From assembly GCA_964016885.1 (NCBI GenBank), contig OZ024756.1, forward strand, positions 25,296,001 through 25,360,000: a stretch of 64,000 nucleotides of DNA. Direction: 5' to 3'. Positions within the stretch are counted from its first letter, which is position 1; every line of letters begins with the position of its first letter. Below are positions 41,318 through 55,515 of the stretch, one piece after another. Below the pieces are notes generated by a model, which was not told the DNA's origin, did no database searches, and saw only the letters and a list, made by a program, of their open reading frames with translations. The DNA comes from Eledone cirrhosa. Lineage: Eukaryota. The translations under genes and the position numbers were made by a program.

Positions 41318-41527
41318 GGAATGAGTAGGACCCCGACGGCTGAGCTCAAGCCGTTTCGACGGCTAGTTCTGGACTAAAATCAATTTTAGTCCAGAACTAG
41401 CCGTCGAAACGGCTTGAGCTCAGCCGTCGGGGTCCTACTCGTTCCTATTACCCACTCTACTGCCCTACGTATTGAGTACTTTGGTGCGTTATGGTCCACC
41501 TGGTTCCTTACCACATTTCCTTCGTTA
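41318..41527 (+). mobile_element. Family B pLTR-like island with a perfect palindrome (also 30418-30550, 49327-49495, 49550-49700)
   Basis: ~118 bp palindrome 41323-41440 containing the hammerhead 3' half GTC-GAAA-CGGCT(TGAGCTC)AGCCG-TC. Flanked by (TA)n. Confidence 0.7.
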
Positions 41528-41716
41528 TATATATATATATACACAAACATATACATAGATATATATTGTATCTGCTCATATTTGGTAATCCCACCACCAA
41601 ATAACGTGATTTCCCGTGTGAAGATATCTATTCATATAGGAGACACCAACTACTGAGGAGTTTCTTACCTTGCAGGCTGCAGGCAAACACAAGTAAATGT
41701 TCTGACAACTTATTCA

Positions 41717-41814
<98 letters not shown>

Positions 41815-41827
41815 CAGCAATCTATAC

Positions 41828-42078
41828 CAGTCCTGGGCAACCTGCGGCCCGCGAAACTTTCTGAATGACTCGCCTAAGTCACGTAAGTGAAATCTTTCTG
41901 ATTTTTTTACCCAAACTTTTCAGTCGTAATTTATCTTTCTCTTATTTTTACAATCGAGGACAACAACGTGTACGAATTCTAAAGAAACAAATCAAAACAA
42001 CCGCCTATGTTTTTAATGTGGGCACGAATGTAAATTATTGCTTGCGGCCCGCTTCTCGAAAAAGGTTGTCTATGCCTG
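41828..42078. mobile_element. hAT (Charlie-like) MITE
   Basis: TIRs CAGTCCTGGGCAACCT / AGGTTGTCTATGCCTG, subterminal GCGGCCCG, and a perfect 8-bp TSD ATCTATAC (41820-41827, 42079-42086). Confidence 0.88.
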
Positions 42079-42540
42079 ATCTATACCATCGCTAGATCAA
42101 TGCTATATGTCTAGAGAGAACGTTCTTTGGCGTTCAAAACATCATATGGTGGTTGCTTTATGGTCCTAACTGACAGTATGGAAAAAGAGTTACACCGGAG
42201 AATAGTGAAAGATGCGTTAAAATAGCCATTCGCACTCGCTGGGGCTCACCCTTGTTCACTTCTCGATGGCAGTGGGTTGATAAGTTACAGTCTAGGATAA
42301 CGAAGAAAGAAACCAATATTGTAGAACTTATCGATAAACAACTGCCGTTTCACTTGACCTAAGGGATGTTACGATAACTCTACCATACCACAAATAATAT
42401 TAGGATCTTAATGGCGCCATAAGTTACCTTTCTCAGGAAGTCAACATGTGTGTTGATCTGTTGTAGGAGTGAACAGCCTGGTTTTGTGTATGTGTATGAG
42501 TATATTTTGTTTGAGTATATGTATGCGGGTGTATATATAT

Positions 42541-42580
<40 letters not shown>

Positions 42581-42614
42581 GTGTGTGGTGTGTGGTGTGT
42601 GGTGTGTGGTGTGT

Positions 42615-42681
<67 letters not shown>

Positions 42682-43776
42682 CCAATCTGATCTAGGTCGA
42701 GTAGGCTGATATTTTCAAATGATTTAATTACATTTCTGTTGAAAAATAGATTGAAAGGAATAAAAAAAATTTATATAAACAACGAATGTCTAAATATAGA
42801 AGAATCTCTAATTTCGCTGATTAATGGACGATATTGTATACATGTATCTATTTACATTGTGATATTTAGCACTAGAAATTCTTGTTTGACACATTTTATG
42901 CTCCAATGGTCTCAAAAGAATGAAAAGTTAAAAAAAATAATTATAATAAAATTGATCTCGTTTTTATCCACATATTTATTTAAGAATTCATTTCTAATTA
43001 AGACACAAATCTGTCAAAAAGTCAAGGGCAAAATTGATTAAATTATCTCCCATCACGTGACTGTACTTTATTTTATCAGTCTTAAAAGGATGAATGCTAA
43101 AGTTGACTTCAGCGGAAATTGAACTCAGAAAATGAACAAATAAACCACAATTACTTTTTATCCAATGCTCCACTAATTCTGCCAATCAACCATCCTAGAT
43201 TTATTTAAGAATTAAAAACAGCAAATTAATTCAATATTTCGTCTAAAGTTTGTTTCTGGGAATTATGGAGTTCCTCTGAATCTTGACGTTACGAGAAAAA
43301 TCTCTTCGGTTCAGCATGATAAAGTTTCCTTTAACACTTTCGTTCCTATATTTAGTGAAAGAAACTACTTGTGATTTTCAAATAATTTTCAAAGATAGTC
43401 AGGCATTTGGTGAAATTTAGCGAAATAGCTTTCTCAGTTTTAAGCAGGTGTTATGAACGTAACTTAACAAGGTTTCTTACATAAAATTATGTTCGGAGAT
43501 GTTAGATATATATATAAACCATTTAAAACAAAGTTTTGTATTGCCGAACCAATGACGTTTCCATCGAGCTTGGAATCAAAAGAGTTCATCTAAGAAAGGT
43601 TTGTCTATTTCATTTAATGTCCTTGGGTGGTGGTGGGAATGTCCATTGAATACAGGTATAGTTTTTGCGACTTTCAGAAAATCGTATCAGGATTCCATTC
43701 CTTCATTGGCTTCAGTTATTACACAATGACCATGTTGGGATAACTCTTGTTGATTATATTGCCAGCATTATGTACA

Positions 43777-44265
43777 CTAGCAGAAAAACCACCCAAAGGG
43801 TGGTTTTCTGCTAGCATGTGTAGTGTGTATATTGATATTATACGCAAGTATATATGCATGTAGATATGATATATCAAATAAAATCGTAATTGACAATATA
43901 CACAGAAATCGAACGAAGACTGTGTTACACTGTCTTATGTAATCAGTAACGTAATCCATGATACATTAAAAAAGACAATATTATATATAAACTACATTAG
44001 GAGAAAATTAGTGACGGAAATATATGAATATTTATTTAAACGATCGCTAACAGGAAGTGTTGACATTTGAAAATTTTAAAGAAGTGAATCTTAAAAAATA
44101 AGCAACAAAATTATTTATATTTAATCAAGAATAACGAAATTTAGTAGATATATTATGTAATATTCATTCATTATTTATTCAAAGTAATCGAATTTATTTT
44201 ACAAACGGGATAAAAAAATATATTCTGGACGCATTCCCGCACTCCTTACTTTATTATAGTTTAGA
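43777..44265 (-). mobile_element. Non-autonomous Helitron, SINE-free copy
   Basis: Reverse complement of 18982-19867 without the SINEs. Terminal hairpin and CTAG present. Confidence 0.75.
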
Positions 44266-44393
44266 TATTTCACATGCAGCAGTCAGTTTGTAAGTGTAAA
44301 GAAATGGAGATAAACATTGAATGCATCAATTTATGAGGTTTTCAACAGCTCGTAAAAATCATGAGAACAAACTTTGCCTCCCGACTAAAATAA

Positions 44394-44922
44394 TGGTTTC
44401 TTATATAGGCACAAGTCCAGCAATTTGGGGGAGGGGAAAGTCGATTAAATCAACTCCAGTGTGTGACTGGTACTTTATTTTATCGACTCCGTAAGGATGA
44501 AAGGCAAAGTTAACCTCGGCGGGATTTGAAGTCAGACCATAAAGGGCGTAACTTTGCTGCAAAGCATGGTGTCAGACCCTCTACCGACCCCAGTGCGCGA
44601 CTGGTACTTTATTTTATCGACTCCGTAAGGATGAAAGGCAAAGTTAACCTCGGCGGGATTTGAAGTCAGACCATAAAGGGCGTAACTTTGCTGCAAAGCA
44701 TGGTGTCAGACCCTCTACCGACCCCAGTGCGCGACTGGTACTTTATTTTATCGACCCCCGTAAGGATGAAAGGCAAAGTTAACCTCGGCGGGATTTGAAG
44801 TCAGACCATAAAGGGCGTAACTTTGCTGCAAAGCATGGTGTCAGACCCTCTACCGACCCCAGTGCGCGACTGGTACTTTATTTTATCGACCCCCGTAAGG
44901 ATGAAAGGCGGGATGTGAACTC
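44394..44922 (-). mobile_element. Tandem SINE concatemer (~126 bp unit x ~3.5)
   Basis: Identical junction CCCTCTACCGAC|CCCAGTGCGCGACTGGTAC, repeated. Confidence 0.85.
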
Positions 44923-46089
44923 ACCTCCCGACTAAAATAATAAAAAGAAAATACTGTTTTTTAAGGAAAACTTTGAGCTTCATAACGTGTATGGTCTAAA
45001 GCACATAAAACTAGAAACAGAAACCTTACATAAATTGCATAATGTATAAAAGAGAGGAATCGAAATTAAATACTATAAATCTAGGTAAAGAGTCCATGGG
45101 TAAATTGCAAAGAGTATAACGGAGATGTGCGGTGGATTGGTAGAGTCTTTAAAACGTTGGATAGAATGTTTTGCGGTATTCTTTCCGTCACTCAAATCCC
45201 ACTAAGGTCAATGCTGCCTTCAGTGTTTCGATGACGATAAAAAAAAAAAGCACCAGTCTAGTACTGGTGGAGAGTGGGGATTCTTCCTCTCTATCTCTTT
45301 TCCACTTCCTCTCTATCGCACTCTGGCTCCTTCTCTGGAAGAAATCGGTCGTCTTCCGACCTGGAGAGGGATAAGCTCTTTAAGGTTTAAAGTGCTCAAG
45401 ACACTAGGCGTCACGGTTCCATCCACCCATCCATCTATACATTCATACATACATACATACATACATAATGGAGAGGATAGAAATCCGATACTATATATCT
45501 CGACAGAGAGTTCGTTCTAAATTACAACGTAGTAGACCATCGAAATTAAATACACTAGATCTAGTTACAAATCAAACGTGAACATTATATGTGGAGCTAT
45601 TGGCTTTCACTAAAGCATTTGTCTCCCACACAACAAAGCAGTGTTTCAAACATATTTATTGTTTAACTCGCCCTTAACCCTTTAGATATTTATTTGTTTG
45701 CTATATATATTTTTCATATGATAAAATTATATTATTTACAGTAGAAATAATAATTGTTTCTACTTTTGGCACAAGGCCAGCAATTATCCCAGTGTATCAC
45801 TGGTTCTTTATTTTATCGACCCCGTAAGGATGAAAGGCAAAGTTAATTCGGCGGGATTTGAACTCAGACCATAAAGGGCCGTAACTCTTTGCTGTAAAGC
45901 ATGGTGTCAGACCCTCTACCGATACTGCCAATTCACCGCCCTTATATAATAATATTAATAATGACAACTATAATAATGGCAATAATAAAAAAAAGAAAAG
46001 GCAACAAAAGAAAAAAGAAATAGGGAAATATAGAGAAAAAAGAGAAAAAAGAGAAAAAAGAGAAAAAGAGAAAAAAAAGAACGGGAAGG

Positions 46090-47520
46090 AGAGGGGATGT
46101 CGCAGAAGAGAGGGGAGGGGAGAAGGGGAGGGTGATTGGGTTTGGGCCTAGGGCAAGGGGGCAGAAGTGCAGCGCCCCGCGGACGATGGCCATTGACACC
46201 CGCTGCAACAGCCACCCAACCTCGCGGGGCTCCCTCCTCAGACGGGCCGCTGACCCTCCGATCTTGCGGAGGAGTTCGGCAATACGCCTGAGGTCTCGAC
46301 GGCGACCGGTGCGAAGAAGAAGCGGCCGGATAAACCCCTGTATTTGTTTAATTTACATTCTTCTGCGAAGCAGGCCGCGATGCTGGGGTTTGTAGCCGAA
46401 GCGACTAAGTTGGAGGCGGAGAACGTGTCACAGTTGGTGGCGTCCCAGATGAGGGATCTACCTCCTTCGAATGAGAAGAGGGTTATTCCGTCGGGGCGCT
46501 TGCCATCTCTGCGGTCTAGGCCTGCTGGCTCCAGTTGAGATGGAAAGCCAGCTGCGTCCAGACTCCTTCTCAGTATGTGGTTGAGAGTGGCGCGTCACAG
46601 GATCCGGCCTACGCTCTCGCGGCAAGACAGGGTTTGCTGGCCGAACTTGTCAACAACCGCCCCGCAGCGGTATTTATGTGCCACACACACACGCGGAGAC
46701 CAAGGCGTTGGGCTACTCCGATGCGAGTGCACTCATCATCAAGAAGGGTACCGGTTGGTGATGAGGGCACCGAATTGAGCCACGCGCCGCTGTTGGGCTG
46801 AGAAGTGAAGCGGTGTTGGTCCAAGCCAGACTCGATTCGCCTGACAGAAGACCTGCAATTGCTGCCGTCCCAGTTACGTTGGACTGTGGTATACTGGGGA
46901 ATAGACCAAATGTCCAGTAGACCAGAGCCTGTTCCATCTCAGAGGCCAGGTCAGATTCGGCCGTCTTGTTGAGAACCTCGCTGACGAGGGCGCAACTGGG
47001 GGAGATAGAGGAGAGGTAGGCAGGTAAAGCTAGATCCAAAGCTGATCGGAGGCCGAGGCCACCGAATTTTGCTGGGATTGTCGCTTGTTGCCAGCCTGCG
47101 CTGTCGAAACTGACATTGCAGATAGTTCTGCACAAAGTCGAATGATGGCGTCAAGTTCCCCTAGAAGATCTGCGTGGGGGTGGAAAGGTGCACCGCGCGG
47201 CAGGAATGTGAATTTGAGGAGGGCGAAGCAGTTCCTCAAGAGGAAGACTGCAAGATGAGCGTCAATGAGACGCAACCTCTCTGCCAAACAAGACAAATCT
47301 GCATGCTTCGTCCCCAGGCATTCTCTTATGGCTTTCGGGAGAATGGGAGAGCTAGAATGCATGCGGCGTCCTTGGGTGTCAGCCGTACACCGGCTAGGAA
47401 GGGTTGGGAGCAGAGTACGACGTTGCGGAATTTGGCCTCTCCGTCATCTCAGACTTGGTTGGGTTGATCTCAAGTCCAAGGAGCTTTAGAGCTGGGATGA
47501 TTTGACGAAGGTCCTTAACT
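46090..47520 (-). mobile_element. CRE-clade non-LTR retrotransposon, 5'-truncated and frameshifted
   Basis: AHLAVFLLRNCFAL.KFTFL, WQQATIPAKFGGLGLRSALDLALPAYLSS, SGAWLNSVPS..GTLLDD..RIGVAQRLGL, RPDGIT..LIWDATNC. Confidence 0.8.
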
Positions 47521-48600
47521 ACCGTCTAACCCATCTGACACTGCCTTTTGTTATATGGTACAAAACCTCTCATTTTAAAGTGGCCGTTTATCTGTACAAC
47601 ACGCCCATCATGATTTTATATTAGAACCTTTCCTTTATTTATTTTATAAACACCATATTGATTAATTGGCAGCAGCACTAACATAGCGTGATTAATAAAA
47701 AGAGGTGTATATAAAAGCGTATTCGATATATATATATAATATGCTTATGAATAATAAACTTATCGTATTCATAGCGAGACCCATGTATGTTTTATATATA
47801 AATATATCGTATATGTTGTGTGTGTATATATATATAGAGAGAGAGAGAGAAAGAAAGAGAGAGAGAGAGAGAGAGAGAGTGAGTGAGTGAGACATAGGCA
47901 TATATATGTATATATATATATATATATGCTGGAGATTTTTTTATCTGTGAATGTATAAATATAAGGGACTTTAACTGTGCTGCGTGTAGGCGTAGTTGCG
48001 CGCACACGCACGAACACACACATATACATATATATATATATACATACATATATATATATGTGTGTGTGTGTAAATATATATATATGTATATATATATATG
48101 TGTATAGATATATATATATACATACATATATATATATGTGTGTGTGTGTAAATATATATATATGTATATATATATATGTGTATAGATATATATATATACA
48201 TTTATATATATATATATATATATACGTATATATAAATATGTGTGTGTATATATATATATATATATATGGGGGGTGTTTTGTGAGAGTGTGTGTGGGTGTG
48301 TTTTGTGTGAGTGTGTGTATGTACGTGTGCGTGTTTGTACATGTATTTGTGTTTGTCTGTGTAAGTTTATATATATATATTTATTTATTTACACGTACGA
48401 TGTCACAGATGCACACGCAAACAGATACACAGATAGAGATGTGAAGATAATATACAAATATGTAGTGCGGAGGGGGGTCGCTGCTTGTGTGACAGTGATT
48501 GTTGAATCAAAACTGAGATAAAGCGTAAATCCGATAAGAAAGTAGGTAACTTACAAAGAGAGGGGGATTAATTGACTCTTTCCTTCCCCATATATATATG

Positions 48601-48668
<68 letters not shown>

Positions 48669-48764
48669 CACTATTTCATTATAATATCATTATAATTTTA
48701 AAGGATTGTAAATAAAACGAGTTAATCAGTCAAAGTTGGAATTCCTTTTATTAATATATATATG

Positions 48765-48833
<69 letters not shown>

Positions 48834-48859
48834 GTATCTATATATATATATATATAATA

Positions 48860-49160
48860 ATTGTTTCTACTTTTGGCACAAGGCCAGCAATTATTCAGTG
48901 CATTACTGGTACTTTATTTTATCGACCCCGTAAGGATGGAAGGCAAAGTTAACCTCAGCGGGATTTGAACTCAGAATGACAAGGGCCATAACTCTATGCG
49001 TTAAAGCATGGCGTCCGACCCTCTACCGATACTGCCAATCCACCGCCATTCAAATCCCGCCGAGGTTAACTTTGCCTTTCATCCTTACGGACCCGATAAA
49101 ATAAAGTACCAGTAATGTACTGGGTAATTGCTGGCCTTGTGCCAATAGTAGAAACAATTA
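48860..49160. mobile_element. Head-to-head inverted SINE pair
   Basis: A minus copy at 48860-49047 is joined directly to a 5'-truncated plus copy at 49048-49160. Confidence 0.8.
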
Positions 49161-49507
49161 TATAAAAATAATAATAATAAATGTGAGAACTAAAATCCAA
49201 AGAGGGCACGATAAGGATAAATATATATCAAATATAAAAGAACCATAGAGCAAATATTTATTAAAATAACAGATTAAATTTTAAGCAAATCTGATATTTT
49301 AATATATATATATATATATTTATATATGAAAGTTTCGGGACCCCGACAGCTGAGCTCCGTTCGTTTCATGTGTTGAAACGGCCGGAGCTCAGCTGTCGGA
49401 GTCCCGAAATTTTCATATTACCCACTCTACTACCCCAAATATCGAGTACTCTGGTGAGTAATGGTCTAACTGGTTTTTACTGCCTCCATTCTGTATATGT
49501 ATGTATG

Positions 49508-49552
<45 letters not shown>

Positions 49553-49695
49553 AAAGTGTGGCAAGGAACCAAGTGGACGATAAAGTACCAGAGTACTCGA
49601 TACTTAAGGTAGTAGAGTGAGTAATAGGAAAAGAGTCAGGACCCCGATGGCTGAGCCCCGGCCGTTTCGATAGCTAGATCTGAACCGTCAGAGCT

Positions 49696-49736
<41 letters not shown>

Positions 49737-49802
49737 TAAGAGGAATTCCAACTTTGTCTGAAGTTTGCAGAAAATTGCAAACTTGACTGTCACCACATAT
49801 TA

Positions 49803-49841
49803 TGAACCTGAAGATTGCGAAAGCATGAAAGTACTTGTTCA
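49803..49841 (+). ncRNA. 39-nt minimal type I hammerhead ribozyme motif
   Basis: TGAAC-CTGAAGA-TTGC(GAAA)GCAT-GAAA-GTAC-TT-GTTCA. Confidence 0.8.
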
Positions 49842-49997
49842 ATTAACACTTAGAATTTAATATTCTATCATACTATTTCATTATAATACCATTATAAATG
49901 TTAAAGGATTGTAAATAAAACGAGTAAATCAGACAAAGTTGGAATTCCTCTTATTAATATAATCTTCTATACACAATCATACACACCCGTGTATATT

Positions 49998-50029
<32 letters not shown>

Positions 50030-50236
50030 AGGAAGATATATTGAAAATGCAACTGGAGTCTTTTAAGAATATTTATTTATTTATTTTACCGGCTTCACAA
50101 TTCTTATGATTTTCAAAAGTAAAATTGAGATGTTTGAGTGTTTGTGTTTCTGTTGTGGTTTAATCTTCACCCGAGAGGGCCCTGGACTCTAATCGAGCCT
50201 GGCACCACAACAGAAACACAAACACTCCATTTCAAT

Positions 50237-50280
50237 TTTACTTTTGAAAAGCATAAGAATTGTGAAACCGGTAAAGTAAA
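50237..50280 (+). ncRNA. Hammerhead motif with U3-A8 core variant inside palindrome 50040-50320
   Basis: TTTACTT-TTGAAAA-GCA(TAAGAAT)TGT-GAAA-CCGG-TA-AAGTAAA. Confidence 0.6.
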
Positions 50281-50343
50281 TAAATAAATATTCTTAAAAG
50301 ACCCCAGTTGCATTTTCAATTTCTTTTCCTTATACTTTCGCCC

Positions 50344-50470
<127 letters not shown>

Positions 50471-51746
50471 CGTGTGTTTTGGTGTAAATCGAAGTTGTAG
50501 CTGCAGTAGAGCAGATACCAACATATATATACTCATATGTGTGTATTGACCCCTAACTCCAGAAGGAGTTGCACAGTGATATATGACATTTTAAACCTGG
50601 TGCACAGAACTGTGTTTGCTAATGCAAAGACAATTAGTAATAATGGTTTCTGATATAGGCACAAGGCCAGCAATTTTGGGGGAGGGGAAAGTCGATTAAA
50701 TCGATCCCAGTGCGTGACTGGTACTTCATTTTATCGACCCCGTAAGGATGAAAGGCAAAGCTACCCTCCTCGGCGGGATTTGAACTCAGAATGTAAAGGG
50801 CCATAACTCTATGCTGCAAAGCATGGCGTCCGACCCTCTACTGATACTGCCAATCCACCGCACTAAGACAGTAATAATGATAATAATCGTCATAGTCATC
50901 ATCATCAACAACAGCAACAACAGCATCAATAACCAAGAACACGACACACCGCTCTGTAGAGGAATCGAAACCAATACGCTATGAACGTTGAACTCTAAAC
51001 TCCAGTCCACGCCTTCAGTAATCAGTAGTTGGCTGTTTCTTTATTTTATCGATCCCGGGAGGATGAAAGATAAAGTAGACATTGGTTGGATTTTGAACTC
51101 GGACCCTAAACAGTCGGCAACAGCAATAATAAATTTGTTTTTCTTTTGTAATATAGGTACAGAGCTAGCATTTTGGGGGTAAAAGGAAAGTTGAGGTTAT
51201 CAACCCTCCTTCCCGAAAGTTGAGGTTATCAACCCTACTTTATTTTATCGACCCTTGAAGGGCGAAAGGTAAAAGTTGACCTCGACGGGACTTGAACCCA
51301 GGATATAAAGAGCAGAACAAATACTACAAAGCATTTTGTTCGACACTCTAGGGATTCCGCCCATCCACCACCCTACGAACAACAACAGCAAAAACAATAA
51401 CAACTACAATCGCAAGAAGGTTTCTCTCGGGCTTAATACTAGTTTTATATTGACAAATGCTCTCAGTTTGCAATCCATTCACAAACGGCAAATATATACG
51501 CCACCGCATTGACATCAAAGCAATAAATTAGCAACAACAATAATAACTATCATACAAATTACAAAAATGATATCAAGAAAGTTAGCAACGTTATGTAAAC
51601 TTGTAACTAAAGGAAAGTTAGCAACGTTTGTAAACTTGTAACTAAAGGAAAGTTAGCAACGTTTGTAAACTTATAACTAAAGGAAAGTTAACAGCGTTTT
51701 GTAAACTTTGTAACCAAACGAAAATTATAAAACGAAAGCTACTTAC

Positions 51747-52210
51747 CCAAATCCGATGAATTTACTGAACAATATATATTATGCACACACACGTATATAT
51801 TGTGCGCGCGCGTATGTGTGTGTGTGTGTGTTTATATACAAGTCTATATATGCATATGTATGTATATGTATATATATTACTGTTTTCGCGGGAGTTGAGG
51901 AATTGACCGTTTTACCAGTTTCTCCTGACAGCTCTAAGGCAACACCAGAACTGTTAATGGTGCCAAATAGCAATGCCTGGTCACTGTTTTTTCCCTGTAA
52001 AGAATATTTTGATTTGCAGTAATTCTATTCGTTCACTTTCTTTCTTCCTCCCGTCCTTTCTTTCTTTCTTTCTATCTTTCTTTCTTTATATTTTTATTTT
52101 TTGTGTCTTTTTTTGCTTTTGTTCTTCAGTTTTTTTTGTTGTTGTTTTTTTTTGTTTTTTTATTATCCGTCAGATGTCGCATGGAAATGTTTGATTTGTT
52201 TTGTTGTGTG
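51747..52210 (-). other. Candidate non-coding first exon (5' UTR) of the Rh gene
   Basis: Strong donor TGG|GTAAGT at 51747/51746 in a TE-free, purine-rich (minus strand) stretch. The Rh ATG exon needs an upstream donor. The upstream boundary is a guess. Confidence 0.35.
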
Positions 52211-52549
52211 TGATGCTGCTCTTTTTGTTAGTTTCTTTGTTTGTATATATATTCATTTTGTTTTACACCATTAGCTGAGGGAAAAAAGTACTACAACAAA
52301 ACTCTAAATGTTTATACAGAGAAAATTAAAAAACAAACCAATAAAGAAAGGGCGGAGAAACAGCAACGGCAGCAGCTAAACAATTTGTTGAAACACATTA
52401 GGAGAAAGGGGGTGGAGTCAAGACGAAGAACTAATTGAGCGACTGTCAATCATCTTGAATTGAGGGCGGGATTCTGTGTGACTAAAACTAAAACAAAAAA
52501 ACAAACTCCTTAGTTCATGCCAAACATACATACCACAGCTACAAAACTT

Positions 52550-52641
<92 letters not shown>

Positions 52642-52659
52642 GTGTGTATATATATGTAT

Positions 52660-52701
<42 letters not shown>

Positions 52702-52748
52702 ATATATATATATGTATGTGTGTATATATATATATATATGTATGTGTG

Positions 52749-52795
<47 letters not shown>

Positions 52796-52814
52796 ATATA
52801 TATATGTATGTATG

Positions 52815-52853
<39 letters not shown>

Positions 52854-52898
52854 ATATATATATATATATATGTATGTGTATATATATATATATATATG

Positions 52899-52982
<84 letters not shown>

Positions 52983-53135
52983 TGTATCAATAAATGTGTG
53001 TGTGTGTAAGATTTGGATGAACCTACATACAGTAACTTCACGTTACACCCCCTGGATGGATATATATAGATTTGGATTACATTGAGTTCTTCATACGGAT
53101 TGGACACTACCGTATATTTTGGTAGATTTATCTAC

Positions 53136-53228
<93 letters not shown>

Positions 53229-53799
53229 AAATACGTAGTTAAGAAAGCCACAACAATGCAGAGGGAAATCTCGAGGTAGGAAGTGAATGATAGATAGGAG
53301 AAACAGGAGAGAGTGAAAATTGAGAGAGACAAAGATGAAAACAAAACAAAGGTAGAAGGGTTACCGTAGTGGAGATTTAATCCCAATATTTCGGGCTCAC
53401 GCCCATCAACGGGGGAAAGTTCCAAAAGGGGGGGAACAGGCCAAGCGGAGAAAGTTGTGATGTCGTTAAGACATATATATATATATACACACATATACAC
53501 ATATATATATATACACACATATACACATATATTGTAGTCTACACTTAAGTATATGTTCTTCGTGAAGAAGATACTCTTATCCATTGTCATTCCTTTAATT
53601 TGCGCAATCAGTGAGTGTTCTTCACGAAAACTAACCATTTCTATTTGTGAGATCGTGGCATCCACAGTTTGTGTTGTACTTCGCTGAAACGGTACAATTA
53701 GACCGAAACATGCAAGCGATTATTACCATAGTTACAAAAAAATATCAACCATATTCATCCCCCTAAATATCTCTTATTTAATCTGGGGTTGATTGCAAG

Positions 53800-54200
53800 G
53801 ACGATGGATTAGCAGAATCGATAGAGCGCCGGATAAAATGGCATTGCAATATTTGTTCTTGATCTTTATATTCTGAGTTCAAATCCCGTCGAGGTCAACT
53901 TTGCCTTTCGTCCTTCCGGGGTCGATATAAATATAATTGTTTCTACTTTTGGCACAAGGCCAGCAATTACCCAGTACATTACTGGTACTTTGTTTTATCG
54001 ACCCCGTAAGGATGAAAGGCAAAGTTAACCTCGGCGGGATTTGAACTCAGAATGGCAAGGGCCGTAACTCTATGCGTCAAAGCATGGAGTCCGATCCTCT
54101 ACCGAAACTGCCAATCCACCGCCAATCAAGTATGGAAGTTGATTTTAATCAACTTTGCTCTTCTTCCAAATTTTCTGGCCTTGTGCATAAATGATAAATC
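53800..54200. mobile_element. Older plus-strand SINE interrupted by a minus-strand SINE (53935-54123)
   Basis: The head and core (53800-53930) and the tail (54125-54200, ctggccttgtgc) of the plus copy flank the minus copy. Confidence 0.7.
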
Positions 54201-55200
54201 AATATTTGATCGATTGAAATTTCCTCAGTTCTCTCCCTTGCCTCTTCTGGGACTGGGATCAATTTTCAGTAAAGCTAGCTAATGATCCTAGGACTAAATA
54301 ATTTTTAAAAATTCAAACTTCTCTTCGGCTCACTGCAAGCTATTTTTCTGACAAATGTTTTTAATGTAATTATTTAGATATTCCTCGTCAGTAAATGCTC
54401 CCTTTATTAATATAAAGATAAAACACGTGTTTTCCAACTGATTGGACTGGATCAATGTGAAATAAAGTGGTTTGCTGAAGGACACAGTGGGTTGCCGGAA
54501 CTTGAACTCACGACCTTATGATCGTGAGCCAAACACTCTAACAACTAAGTCACATACCTTTACTGTACATACATAAATACATATTTACACCCATATACGC
54601 CCACACATGTTTGTGTGTGTATAAGGTGTACATACATACATACAGACAGACATACACATATATCTGTGTGTGTGTGTGTGTGTTTGTATGTATGTGTGTG
54701 TGTATAACGACCTATACATACACACATGCACACACACACACACACACACATACACACGCGCACAAATGACACGAACAACTAACTAGAACCAGATGAAATG
54801 ACACTTTATACCATGGAAAACCTCAGCAACAAACATAACCTCCATAAAAAAATCACACCCTTCGACCACTCCTAGTTTTCTTTCAAATATTGGACACATT
54901 TTATAATGTAATCCTAGACACAAGATGCCTGAACAAAAACAATAAAAAATAGGGCCTGTCACGTTTGGAATGCGATTCGCTCATTGAATCGTCTGATCAA
55001 AGCTGATCTAGAGACTCAACAAAATGAGTGCTATGTCAACAGTTTAACGACTTAAAACCGCAAATGCTACAAAATGTTATCGGAAATCATTTCAATTGGT
55101 CGTTATATGTTATAAACTGTCACGCTTTTGATCTTCTTTTTATCTATTTTTCTACCTTAATTTGAAAATATATTTGCCACAATGCAGATAAATACATGTA

Positions 55201-55515
55201 CAGTTGTCCTCCGGAATTCGCGTGGGTTACGTTCCTAGAGCACCCGCGAAGAGTGAAAAACCGCAAAAATTGGACGTGGTCCATCAAAATGCCTATAAAC
55301 GTCAAATTATAACGTAAAATACAATAGGTCGGCAAATACGGTATATTAATAATTTAGTGTTAAATATATATATATTGCCACGAAAAAAGCCATAAAAAAA
55401 TCGCGGAAGATATTTACAATTCTGCAAATATGCGGGGTTTCCACGAACAATTATTAGTCAGGTTCTATAGGAAATTTCGCGAATAACATGTACCGCGAAT
55501 ACCGTAGCTTCACTG
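55201..55515. mobile_element. Tigger/pogo-like MITE
   Basis: TA|CAGTTGTCCTCCGGAATTCGCG ... CGCGAATACCGTAGCTTCACTG|TA. Confidence 0.7.
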
